Origin: Nymphaea colorata
Taxonomy: Eukaryota
Direction: 5' to 3'
Assembly: GCF_008831285.2 (NCBI RefSeq)
Contig: NC_045138.2
Span: 13,826,001 to 13,890,000 of the forward strand
DNA length: 64,000 nucleotides
A program made the translations under genes and the position numbers. Below are positions 1-12,518 of the stretch, in pieces (position 1 is the first letter of the stretch; every line of letters starts with the position of its first letter). Under the pieces are notes generated by a model, which saw nothing but the letters and a program-made list of their open reading frames with translations, did not search any database and was not told where the DNA came from.

Positions 1-30
<30 letters not shown>
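1..30. repeat. (AT)n microsatellite
   Basis: Direct reading; lies in the last intron of the upstream FAR. Confidence 0.95.
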
Positions 31-33
<3 letters not shown>

Positions 34-399
34 GCGCATCTAATAAGCAGGCACTTGGATTAACTCATTGAACGTTACAGTATTGTTGTCACAAAAAGGA
101 TGGTAACCAGCTGTACATTGCTTGTCAAATCCTGTTCCGTTACCTGGTTCAATCTTGTAATGCGAATAATACCTTGTCAAAGCATCATAACTATTCACGT
201 ACTTCACTGTTTTCACATGCAATACAAGTTGAATTTTTATATTTTAAGATCATCCTCCCTTCATGATAAATGAAAACACTAGTCCGTTGCATTTTCTTTA
301 AATAGAGACTTGCCGCCTTCACATGGCCTTGAACATTAGTTTAAGTTGAATATTGGAAAGTTTATCTCAATGCTTTTGGCGATTGGTATTAATTTGCAG

Positions 400-562
400 A
401 TTCGACGATGGCAACGCGGAGGGATTGAGGATGGTCATGAAAGCCACTGGCATGAAAGAGGCTGAGCAATTCAACTTTGATCCTAAATGTATTAACTGGG
501 AAGAATATTGTATGAAGGTGTATTATCCAGGACTTGTGAGATATGCGATGGTGCAGAAGTGA
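400..562 (+). CDS. FAR: Terminal exon of a fatty acyl-CoA reductase (rest of gene lies upstream of the window)
   Basis: tttgcag acceptor at 398-399, then (R)FDDGNAEGLRM...FNFDPKCINWEEY...PGLVRY to TGA at 560-562. Highly similar to the last exon of the FAR at 8119-8281, and similarity extends into the 3' UTR. Confidence 0.9.
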
Positions 563-1564
563 ATTGCCATATGGGGACCTCAAAATACTTTTAGTGCTAT
601 CCTCTTGTTCTGAAGGTAGAGAGGACTATACGTGTGTAGCTCATGATATGAGCATCTGAATGCTTCTGTATTCGCTTTATTTTGCAATATGAGTAAACTT
701 TTTACCTTTGATTTGTTCTACAAACCTGTCTAATCTGGGCATACTCTTGAGTGAGATGCGCTGGGGTTAGTTCTTTGAGTTAGCAAGAGTATTTGCTTGG
801 ACGAACCTCCCCCTTCAAAAACCGTGCCAAATAGGGCCTTGAGATCTGCCCTTCTGAAATATTTACTTCCCCTGCTTCGTTCTCAGACGTAGCGGAAAAG
901 TTTTATGTTAGCCAAATCTTGCTGATCTCGGAATTCCATTGGCGGGTAGGTGAGTGTGGATGTCAACCCATGTTGAATCTTCATGCGGGAAACAAGTTGA
1001 AGCAGTGTACGAATAAGAAAAATGACTCAAATTCAATGATAGAGGAAATAAAACAGTTTCTTAGAAACAAGCAGAAATGGCACTTGACATGTAAACAGAA
1101 ACGTGGCTAGTGATTAAGTTAATTGATGAACCAAAAGATATATATGTGTGTGTGTGTGTGTGTGTTAATAATTCTTGTATTGAAGAGATTGTTACGTGAC
1201 AGAAGAAAAAGATGAAATTATCTTTCTTTTTGGTGAATTCTGTTCGCAAGCAGACCCACATAAAAAATTTTCGTCTTCTTTCTCTCACTTTTACGGTGCT
1301 GCTTAAGGTTATCCCGGACAAAAGTTGTACACGTAAAGTCTGAGCAAAACTTTAGTAAATATTTCATTAGGTAAATTTGGGTTCCACCAAATGTGTCATT
1401 AAGAGGCATTTGAAGTCTTAGAATTTGATTGTGCTACCAAAATTCCAGAATAAAATTTCCATTTCAACTTGGAATTGGAATCAAAATTCTAATTCCAATT
1501 TTCCTTTGAATTTGGTAGCTAGTATGGAATTTTGATTCTAAAATAAAAAATAACTCGTTTGATG

Positions 1565-2910
1565 AAACACAAATGCTCATAATAGTTAAAAGGTTGATTT
1601 CTTGCTATAACAGCAAGAAGAAAGACACCTTTCGCTTTGGAATAAGAAATTAATGAAGAATCATGAATCATATATAAGGGAGTTGTGTTGATCGGTCAAC
1701 ACAAGTCAGAAATGGCGAAGCAGCTACGGGTTGATGAATCACGGCACACAGGCGCAGTAATTACAGAGCCGAGAAAGTAAGAAATAAAGAAAGACACGTA
1801 ATTGCAGCAGGGGTGGAGGGAAGAGGGGGGCCCCCTCACCCAACAAAAAGATTTGAAAAAGCAAATGTTGCCTTCTAAAATGGTCAAAAGTTCTAAATTG
1901 GCTTGCATAATGATTTCGAAAAATATAGTTATGTATTTTGAAAATTATTTGGAAACTTTATATAGTCATTTTGTTTGTGAAGACTGAAGACTGGTCTCCT
2001 CCTCCAATAGAAAAAAAAAAAAAAATTCCTTACAAGAGGGCTCTTCCTTCCATAGAGAAGAGAAGGACCTAAGAAGCAGTGGGGCATTCAAACACCCACG
2101 CTGGCTGTTATATTGAAGCACCCTTCTCTGTCACTTGTGCGATAATTTGGAGAAAGAGACGGAGAGATCAGAGTGTGCGTCTCTCTTTAAGTATTCCCAC
2201 CCTGTTCAATATCAGAAAAAAACGTATCAGACGAGCTTCAAGAGTTGAAAACTTTACTCGATCAAGAGCTTAAAGGCGTTCATGTTATCCTGATCCACAT
2301 ACGAAAAACATAATGCCTCTCAAAAAATTGAACTGACATTTTAAGGAGTTGTTATCAAGGCAAGTCCTCTGTGACCTGAGATGCCAAGAGACCGCATGCA
2401 CGTGGTTCTGAAAACTTCCTTCATATATGGCTCCTCTAATTTAAAAGTCTTAAGCTAGGAGATCTAACCAGATGTTGGCCAAATTGGATTCACTGTAGTG
2501 TAAAATTCTCAGGAGGCGTACCCACATCTAATCCAGTTTTTTGAAAACTTGGTTTTATGAAAGCCCAATTTTTCAAAAACCTTTTTTTTTTTTTTATGAC
2601 ACATCTGAAACCTGATTTTGGATAACCTAAAGAGGGGCCAGTTTTTTGCTGTTTTTATCAAAACTGAGTTTTCTTCATACACAATTTTGATGGCACCCAA
2701 AGATTCAAAAAATCTGATTTTAAGATGTTATCCAAACACCGATCAAACACAAATGCGCATAAAAAGGCTTGTAGCTATTAACAGCGAGAAAGAAGAAGAC
2801 CTCCTGCTTTGGAATACTAACTGAAGAACGATGAATCATAAACGAGTTCTGTAGATCTGTGGCCACGTCAGAAATGACAAAGCACGAGTTGGCGAATCGC
2901 GACAAGTAAT
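1565..2910 (+). repeat. Degenerate direct repeat pair, about 170-200 bp each (1565-1761 and 2745-2910)
   Basis: Collinear shared blocks aaacacaaatgc.cataa, gctttggaata, tgaagaa..atgaatcata, gtcagaaatg and agtaat. Confidence 0.75.
2381..2500 (+). repeat. About 120-bp element with an inverted copy at 9369-9478
   Basis: atgccaagagaccgca...gtcttaagcta...gatgttggcca.attggattc.ctgtagtg matches the reverse complement of 9369-9478. Confidence 0.85.
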
Positions 2911-4636
2911 GCCTCTCGCACTAAAAACGAAAAAGACCCTGAGAGCCACGTGGGGCTTGTAGCCGTAGAGGGTGGATGAGTCATAATTCATGCCTTCCAC
3001 TCATATCTTAAGAACTTCCTCAAATTGTTAACTCTTCATGCGAGCAAGTACATAAATACATGTAAAAACATTCAATTTCATACATTTAATTCTAAGAAAA
3101 AAGAAAAAACCATGAAAAGAAATTAGATGTGTAAAGTGGGTTGCATGAAGTTATAAAAAATGTACAAAGAATAGAGCAATTTTGGCTAATAAAATTCAAT
3201 ATAGACATAAATTTGTTCTTATCTTTAATTTTTAAATTTATTTTATATCTCCACCTACATGAGTTAGATTTGTAGGAAATTTTTGAAACTTTTTCTAAGC
3301 ATATTATCGAGAGATTTAATCGACGACTAAGGAAGAATTTCAAAAAATTAATAACAAGATTATGGATGAGGGACTGTCGAAATTTTTTTGAAGTCGTTGG
3401 TCAAATATTTTGCCTGATGGTAGTAAGAAAAATGATCACTTGGACTCTTGGAGGCATATGTATATTCTAATCTACGTACATCCCAGTCTAGTGCGTGCAG
3501 CCTCTCCCATCTTTTGCCGCCCTAAACCAAACCGAACGAAACGCGTTAATGTCTTCCAACAGCTTTCCCTGCGGGGATCAATAAACGAAACAAACCATCG
3601 GATTCATGCACGCGCCCCTTAATTTGACTGCACGAACAAAAGTATAGCACGTCTTGGTTGTTTGATTCATATACGGTACTTTGCAGACGCATTTTAAGTA
3701 TGGAACGTGTTTGCTTTGAGCACAAAATAACGTGGCGAATCCTATAAACTGGATCGGCAGTGAGCTTCATATTTCCACAGCAAATAAATATACAATCATA
3801 TGTTCACCTTTCCCTATCTTACACATTTTCTATATCGCTGGATTTAAGATCTTATTGGGCGGCAATGAAACGTAGCTTTACTTGCCGTGAGAAGAACGGA
3901 AACATGAAAGGAATGTCATCTTTTCTTTCAATTGTTATACTACTGACGTCGCTGTGCATTGAGGAGGAGGGTATCGTGACCGTCTATTCATTGTCTCCTC
4001 TGACGTCAGGTTGGACCTAACCCGACTCCTTTTCCGGTCGTCGCCCTTTGCGAATTATTAATACTTCCCGGCCTTCCCATTTCTTACAGATTTACTTCCA
4101 GTTTCCTCATACATATGCCAAACAGGGGCTTGAATTGGAAAACTTCCCCCGTTTATGAGTACTCGGACGAAAATGCAGGGTCTTACTAACCTTTTATTAG
4201 ACCACCGTACGTCGCTGAGTTCTCGGTTGATGGCTTGTCACAGAAAAGATCAAAAACTAAGACCCTGTTTCTGCGATTAAGACTAAAGCAACAGTCCAAA
4301 AATGAAATACGTTGCAGCAAAGAGAGAAATCAGCGGCGGCCTAGCTAACCGTAGCTAGCAGGCTAAAAGCTATTTAATACGATAAGGCCACGTTTTTTAG
4401 TCATATGGTGATGATGGAAGTCGTGAAAAATATGGGAGCTGCAGCGGCTAATGGTGATCAACGAGAGCTGCTGTGACCGGGAAACTTGGAGGAGTTGAGA
4501 ACGCTGGATTATTAATTTACTAACAACGTTCAAAGATGGTGGCTTTACCTTTCGTGCTACAAAACCTTGACGTGGGAAATAATTAAAACTCTTCCTTGGA
4601 TTGGACACGCTTGGAGCAACAGAGCGGATGAGCAGC

Positions 4637-4643
4637 TATAAAT
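4637..4643 (+). promoter_or_regulatory. Candidate TATA box of the FAR gene
   Basis: cTATAAATg about 170 nt upstream of the ATG, followed by a pyrimidine-rich leader. Confidence 0.55.
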
Positions 4644-4808
4644 GCTGAAGCTGCGCCACGGCATCCGCATTACTCCAGTATTCTTTGCTTTCTCCTCTGT
4701 CGCGTCCCCTTAGACCACTGTTGCGAGTATTCTTGGCTTTCTCCCTCTGTTGTAATTGTGAGAGAGCTTGCGTTAAGTTTTTGAAGACTTCCCCATTAGC
4801 AGAGACCA

Positions 4809-7800
4809 ATGGCTACTCTGAATAGCATTGCGCAGAGTTTGAAGAACAAGAGCATCCTAATCACTGGCTGCACAGGGTTTCTTGCAAAGAGTAATCAGAA
4901 CAACCTCTTTTTCTCTCCTCTCCCTAAAATATTTATTTATATGCATTAGTAGTTTATGGTAAGGATGGTGTTTATTAATTGATTCATGGGTACGTACGTG
5001 CAGTATTTGTGGAGAAGATACTGAGGGTTCAGCCACAGGTGACGCGCTTGTACCTGCTGGTCCGTGCCTCTGATGCCAAATCAGCCAAGCATCGCCTCGA
5101 CAAGCAGGTAATGTATGCCAAAGAGAAGCATGCGTCGTGAATGCAAGCCAATACTAAAATCAAAGTGCATGCTATAACCGGCTGCCAAGTTGCCCATTTA
5201 AACAACATGCAATTCCTTCATAATAAAAATCATAATTTTGTTTTTGTTTCACAGTTTTTACCTACGTAAATTTTCACATTTGAGTATTCAATATTTTCGA
5301 AAAGATTAAAAAAAATTGTAATATATCTCATGCAGAAACCCTTTTCAAGAAGGATAAGTCGCGAGCAAATACTTATAAAATTTAGATTTCGCTTGTGCAG
5401 GTGATAAGCAAGGAGTTGTTCAGAGTCTTGAAAGACATGCACGGTGATGGGTTCGATTCCTTCCTTTCTGAAAAGATTCGCGCGATCGCCGGTGACATGG
5501 CGATGGAGGACCTGGGGATCCAAGAATTTCATCTCAAAGAGGAGATCATGAAGGAAGTCGATATTATTGCCAATGTTGCAGCAACTACCACCTTTGATGA
5601 AAGGTACATGCCACAGTACTCGCATGGCGATAGAATATTCAATCCTCTTTTCTAGCTTGGTCGTCATTTGCAAAGAAGTTCGATTCTTCTACAATCTCAT
5701 GTCCACTTACTAAGAGATTTTGCATTAGGCAACAAGGCGAACAGAAAATTTATATGATTATTCTTATATGGCCTTGTCAAAAACCTATTTGAACTCAATT
5801 TAATGGAACAGTCGATTGGATTCTTATTTACCGTTGATCGGACGGTGGAAAGATATATATCTATATATATATAATCCTACGCATTTTCTTTATTCATTAA
5901 GTTTTGGTTCGGTGCATAGGTATGACATAGCGTTGGACATTAATGCCCTGGGAGCTGATCGAGTGATGGCCTTTGCCCACCGGTGCCACAAACTGCAGAT
6001 GTTCCTCCACGTCTCCACAGGTTCCATAAATTTTGGTCCCCTACCTACTCTCTGTTCTGTAGTTCAAGACTGCCATGATCTTTCATATAACTGTCTCCAC
6101 AAAAATGACCAACATGTTTGGCTCGTCTTAATTTCAGCATATGTTTGTGGATCCAAGTCCGGGGCGATGCTGGAGAAACCGATCCGAATGGGGGAAACAC
6201 CGAACGGGCAGAATAACCTTGACATTGAAGCAGAGCTGCGGCTAGTGAAGAAGGAACTAAAGGAGCTCCAAGCCAGAGGAGTTGAGAAGACGGAAGAAAC
6301 TGCTGCTATGAAAGAATTGGGCCTCAAAAGGTTATCTAATCGGTCCCTTACCTATCGCCTGCACAGTCTGACAAGTTCTTTCTTCCTTTAAAGCTATGTA
6401 TGAGAGTTGGCGATTGACGATCATCCTTTGAGAGCGTTGCTTGTGAACTTACTCCCTCTAATTGGCTTCACTCAGGGCAAGGTCTTTTGGTTGGCCTAAT
6501 TCGTATGCATTTACAAAAGCCATGGGAGAAATGCTGATCGGTGAGTCCAAAAGAGATATGCCGTTGGTGATCATCCGTCCAACTATAATCGAAGCCACTT
6601 TGGCCGATCCTTTCCCTGGTTGGATTGAAGGTTTCAGGTAATTTCCTTGTCTTGGTTCAAGAAAAAAAAAATGAAAGCGAACTTGGTGATCCAAGTACAG
6701 AAATAATTTGGCATACCCAACTCGTGATCAACACTCTTAGTTAGTTGTAGAAAGATAACTAAAAATACATACCACAATACATCTACGCAGACAGAGAGAG
6801 AGAGAGAGGGATTGAGAGATTCGACAGGGAAAATCAGGTGACATGTGAAGAGCATCAGCTGCTGTAACAGTGATATATGCAGGATAGAACAGAGCACAAC
6901 TACGTGTTTTTTTATCATTGATTGTTCATGATTTGTTTCCAAAGTATGGTTTTTAGGTTCTCACAACTATTGTCTGATTATCTTTCTTTTTTATTCAGAA
7001 GGAAAGAAAAGCGAGGAACAGTTTTAACTGTCCGCAGAACTAACTATTCATAAACATTGTTCGATTTGCAGAACCGCCGGAAGCATAATCATGAGCTATG
7101 GCAAGGGCAGGTTGAAATGTTTTCCAGGAAATGTGAACCTCCCGTTGGATGTGGTAATGATCTCTAAGCCTCATTTTCTGTTTTGTATCATGAAGCCATC
7201 AAGATGCTTTCAGCATGAACTTGGGTGACTTACTTTTGAATAATGGCTTGAACAGATCCCTGCAGACATGGTGGTGAATGCTATGGTGGTTTCCATGGTG
7301 GCACATTCCCGACAATCGGCGTCATTCATCTATCATGTTGGAACGAGCAAACAAAATCCAGTGAGGACATCAATAATAGCAGATTGTGCATACCGCTACT
7401 TCTCCAGGAGTCCTTTGAAAGGGAAGGATGGCAAGGCCATTAGTGTCCGCAAACCATTTCTCTACACTAGCATGGACGATTTCAAAAAGTATATGAATTT
7501 CTACTATAATATGCCCTTACAGGTAAATCTTGCTCAAATTCAGAAAACTGTTTTCTTTCTTACAGTTAATTTTTATTCTGAAAAAACCTTGCTCATTACT
7601 TTGCCCTTGACCACCTTCGAATGATGTTCTTTAAATCCAACCCCAAGCCAAATGGACGAAGTTTCCGCTGGCGTTAATTTTTGCCAGTCGTCCTGTTCAA
7701 ATTAAGCTCGGCCAGACAGAGGAGTACTCTTGTCATTTCGGCAAATTTCCTAACGAGTATATTTTCAAATTGCATTAGGGATTGAGGCTGGCAAACCTTG

Positions 7801-7904
7801 CTCTCTTCAATATTTATGGGCGCCTGTATGCGGACCTTACAAGGAAGTACAATTTCATCATGTATTTGGCTGAGTTATACGAACCCTACGTCTTCTTTGA
7901 TGGA

Positions 7905-7947
<43 letters not shown>

Positions 7948-7957
7948 GATATGTATG

Positions 7958-7989
<32 letters not shown>

Positions 7990-8281
7990 AGCATATTTCC
8001 CAAGTGGCTAATGAGGAGGTAACTAAAATTGCTCTATTTCTTAATGGTGGGCCCTTGTGTTAATCAAAGCCATGTACAAGTGAATTGGCCATCTAAATGG
8101 TTGATTTGTTATTTGCAGTTTTGATGACAGCAACGCGGAGGGATTGAGGATGGCCATGAAAGCCGGTGGCGTGGAGGAGGCCGGGTTGTTCGACTTTGAT
8201 CCGAAATGTATTAACTGGGAAGAATATTGTATGAAGGTGTATTACCCAGGCCTTGTGAGATATGTGATGATGCAGAAGTGA
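4809..8281 (+). CDS. FAR: Alcohol-forming fatty acyl-CoA reductase, CER4/FAR3-like, about 494 aa, 10 exons
   Basis: Exons 4809-4890, 5004-5107, 5401-5603, 5920-6020, 6138-6330, 6476-6637, 7072-7153, 7256-7522, 7779-7906, 8119-8281 (all GT-AG, total 1485 nt, open frame). Motifs: ITGCTGFLAK (Rossmann), FLHVSTAYV, GWPNSYAFTKAMGEM (YxxxK), PFPGWIEG, IPADMVVNAM. No N-terminal transit peptide. Confidence 0.95.
7908..7989. repeat. Compound (TC)n/(AT)n microsatellite directly after the FAR intron 9 donor
   Basis: Direct reading: gtctctctct... followed by atatat tracts. Confidence 0.95.
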
Positions 8282-9368
8282 ATTGCTGCATAAGGACTCC
8301 AAAATACTTTTTAGGAGTCCCATCTTGTACTGCTGGTAATGGGGCAGTCGGCATCTCATCTGAGCATCCGAATGCTTCTGCCAAATTCTTTATTTTTACT
8401 ATGATTTTGCAGATTCTTTTGAAGAAAAATATATCTTGTGTCCTGTGAGGGCAGATCCTAATCCAGTTTGCCTTTTCACTCCCACCTCTACGGTCAAGTG
8501 AGGACAAGAAGGATAGCAGCAGATAAAAAAAATTTGATGTGCCTACACCTTTCAGTCAAAAAACTTTTTACAGAAAAATTTTAGGCTTTCAAATTGCAAT
8601 GATGACGCCTCTGCGATCTCTCTTGTTCTTTTACATGCTACAGAATACCGTATAAGAATAGCGTTAACACCATCTTTCAAGGCATACAGATAGAAAAAAT
8701 GGGAAGACTAGGTATAAATCCTTGGCCGGTTTATCTGTCTTGGTGGTGTTGCACATCAGTCACCACTACAACCGCATTTTAGCAACCAGATATCATTGAT
8801 GGATTCTAATTTCTAATACACAGAAGCAGGGCATTTGCTCCTAACGCAAGTTTCTTCGCCTAATTTGCAACGTGTCCTGAAGTGGGAAACAGTACCCAAA
8901 AGAAACGAAAACATTCATTAGAAAATCTTCAAATACAATGAAATTTTGGTATAATTAAAGGTTTCCCCATGCCAAAGAGAAGAAGCTTTCAACGATGCGA
9001 AATTTTTTATCCTAAAAACCCTCATATGAACTTATCCATTTGCCATAGAGATCTTTTTACGCTTGTGAAGTTGCGCTTTCACAATATCTTAGTCAATGCA
9101 TATGATATGTAGCACAGAAATGACACTAAAGCTAAATAAATATTAGTTTAAAATTAACCTAAAACTATTTATATACCTTAAAGAATTTACCAGAATCTAC
9201 TAATATTTATTAAACAATTAAATCTCATTTTCAAAATGTGTGTCTCAAACAATGAATCAAGTCTTCTATGGTACTATATATGGGCCAGAAAAGTTGGAAT
9301 TCTTCTGTAAGTTGGTTGAGAACTTTCCGATTCATTATTTGAAATTAAGGTAAATTTCAATCCAATTC

Positions 9369-9478
9369 CACTACAGCGAATCCAATCTGGCCAACATCAG
9401 GTTAGCTATCGTAGCTTAAGACATTTAAATTGGAGGAGGTATAAAGAAGTTTTCTGACCAGGTGCGGTCTCTTGGCAT
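9369..9478 (-). repeat. Inverted copy of the 2381-2500 element
   Basis: cactacagcgaatccaatctggccaacatc...gtgcggtctcttggcat is the reverse complement of 2381-2500 with scattered substitutions and small indels. Confidence 0.85.
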
Positions 9479-9971
9479 GAGCCCTATATATGCCTGCCTA
9501 AGCCCAATTTTTCCATTTATTTTTTGTTTAAGAACAACTACCCGAGTAAGTCTAAATTCACCGATCGAATTTACCAAGGAGGCCACCTTAAGTCCGTAGT
9601 TTAGTTTGTATATTTAATATGCCTCCACATGCATTCTAGAAGTCAATATTCTGCTAATTCTAGTTTCTCCATTAATTTCCTCTTTAAGAATCAAACATCG
9701 TTCTATCACTGACACCGATGCAGTTCAAGACACTGGAGACAGGGGAAATTGGGGGGGGGGGCCTTCGGGCAGTAGGATGATCCTCTCGCTCACCCGAATA
9801 GTGAAACTTGGGCCTCTCAGTTCCACTTGCCAATCCATGACACGTCCTGTTTAATTCCTTCTTTTTTCATATCACAGTCTTCAACGTCAACGCCAAGTTG
9901 CAAGTAGACTTCTCTTTTATGCTCATGAGGCTCTCCTATCATCTATTCTTTCTCTCCCTCTAGCTTTCTCC

Positions 9972-12518
9972 ATGGAGGCAAGTTCCTTCTTGTCCTTCTG
10001 TCTGGTGCTTCTTTTAGGTAAAGGCAGACGCTCTATCTCCCTTTAGTCCACATTTAGAATGGAGATTGACGGATTTGTAATGGAGGGTATCCATTTCTAA
10101 CCTTCTTTCTTCACTCCGTTGTGGTGTTCATTTTTTTATAGGCATCAACGCGGCAGGCTTGTCTCAACAGGGCGTCCGGCATCTGCCAATGCGCCTCTTT
10201 GTGTTTGGAGACTCCGCCGTCGACACAGGGAACACAGGGAAAACCTCTACCCAAGCGTGGAGACCTCCTTACGGAAGCACTTTCCCCGGAAAACCGTCTG
10301 GCAGGTTCTCGGATGGCCGGCTTCTGACTGATTTTATCGGTAACTTATTTTGAGTACTTTCCACATTTCATTTCGTTTTAATGGCAAGCAACGCATCATA
10401 TGATACAGTTTGCCGGAGCAGTACTTTTTGTAAGAGGTCCCACCAATCTCCACCATCTGATTATGTGGGTTGGTCCCCTGTTGCAATAATTAATGAGTTT
10501 ACTCCTCTGTCTGCATTAAAAGTGGTCGGTAGGATATTGTCGCCCATTGATTGCTGAGTGAGAAGTTCATCTACTGCCCTGAACGAGGCTTGAAGGCCTC
10601 CCTCATTTTTGGTTTGGTTTTCAGCTGCATCGATGACAGCGATTATCCCTCAACTTAAAACATGCGCTTTACCACCCTATGACCAGGGAGCATAGCACGT
10701 TCGAAAATTGTTCTACCACTTTATGAGCGACCAGTTGTGCTATAATACTACTTGATAACAGGATATTGTCTACCAGTATGTTATCTTCTTGATTTATTAG
10801 TTGGATCAAAAAAAAATAAATTGTTTCTAGCATCAGTTAAAAGGGAGTAGTGCAATTGAGAGGCAAGGCAGCTCACACTTCAAAGGTCTCATGTTCTAAT
10901 TTTGTGGTTATTATTATGTTTCGGTGTGTTACTTTTGTATGCTGCAAACGCAAATAACAAGTGCGACACCTGAGTTGAAAGACCTTAGGTAATCCTTAAA
11001 GGCATAAAGATATAGTTTGAAGGTTTTACAGCCAATGCAGTTAGTTTTCAGAACTAAATATTAAAAACAAAAGGTGCTGGCAGCGGATATCTTAAACCTC
11101 GTATCCCCAGTACTAGTGTGTATTGTCTAACTAATTGGACTACAGTTTGGCTTTTCATGTATTAATTTACCAGATTGTACTGGGGCAAATTAACATCCAT
11201 TGCCATATCCACCGCTCATAGTCACTGGCCATCACATAAGTATGTGAAGGGTATTTTTGTCCTTTAAAAATTCCTCAAATTTCAAAATGTTGCCCTTGCT
11301 GAGAAAAGTTATTGTTCTTTAATCGCTTAATCGTGTGTTTAGGGTTCTTGTGGTAGATCGCTTTATCTAAGCGCTAGTGGTCGAGCACCAACAATATTGA
11401 TTGTGAGCGCTCCCTTAATTTGCAGCGGCCTATCTAGGAATACCGTCTCCTACTCCTTACAAAGCGAGACGTGCCGGTGGCGGTCGGCAGCGATACGGTA
11501 TGAATTTCGCTTATGCCGGAACAGGTGTGTTCGACACATTTGTTATGCTGCCCAACTTAACAACACAGATCGGTTTCTTTGAGCAACTTATCAATGGAGG
11601 CACGTATCGGTCGTCCGACCTGCGATCATCTATGGCGCTCGTCTCGGCTTCCACCAATGACTACACTTTTTATGTGTTGAGAAAAGGGACGGTTGAGGTA
11701 CCGAATTCTGAACCAGAAGACCTGGGTCTTTTCTCTTGGTGAATTAGTACTATACATCTTTATGAGTTCAATCGAGATCTCAGTATAATTCTTATAATAA
11801 TAGTTAAACTGTGATCCACTTTCACTTGCGTGGTAGGTATTGAATGAGTTCATAGGGTTGGTGGTGAACGAGACTGCCGTGGACCTGCGGCGCCTGAGTC
11901 GACTGGGCGTGGGGAAGATAGCCATCCTGGGTCTCTTCCCATTTGGCTGCTTTCCGGTCGTCAGGCAGCTTCTGGCCTCGGCTCCCTCGACTTGCGATGA
12001 CCTTTTTAACCGCTATTCCTCTCAACACAACAGCCTGCTGCGCAAAGCCGTTGACGAGATCAATGCCGAGCTTGGCCGTCCATCGCACGTCGTTGTGCTT
12101 GATACCTACAGTGCTGCAAATTTCATAATACATCATCACGATGAGTTGGGTACGATTGCAAAACTTTGCTTTATTTGATCAGGTGTCGAGCACTTGAATT
12201 TCGAAACTCACAGAATAGGAAAACTAGTGGCCTGATTTCCTTTTGGTTGAGCATCCCAACGTTCTAAGACCTACTGCACAATGTAATGACCTCATTCCAC
12301 TTTCAGGACCAAGGTTTAACGATCCACTGGAGCCATGTTGCGTGGGCCTGAGCGCCGGCAGCGAATGCGGGAGCGTCGACGCTCAAGGGAAGCCACTGTA
12401 CAGGGTGTGTAGGAGCTCAGGCTCCGCCTTCTTCTGGGACAATGTGCACCCAACACAGGCTGGATGGACTGCTTTGGTCCGCTACTTCCTCCCAACTCTT
12501 GATCGCTTCTTCTCTTAA
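9972..12518 (+). CDS. GDSL esterase/lipase (At5g03610-like), copy 1, about 346 aa, 5 exons, signal peptide
   Basis: Exons 9972-10017, 10142-10339, 11426-11697, 11837-12149, 12307-12518 (1041 nt, in frame). Block I FVFGDSAVDTGN, PYGSTFPGKPSGRFSDGR, block II GMNFAYAGTG, block III ASTNDY, block V FFWDNVHPTQAGW. Confidence 0.93.
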
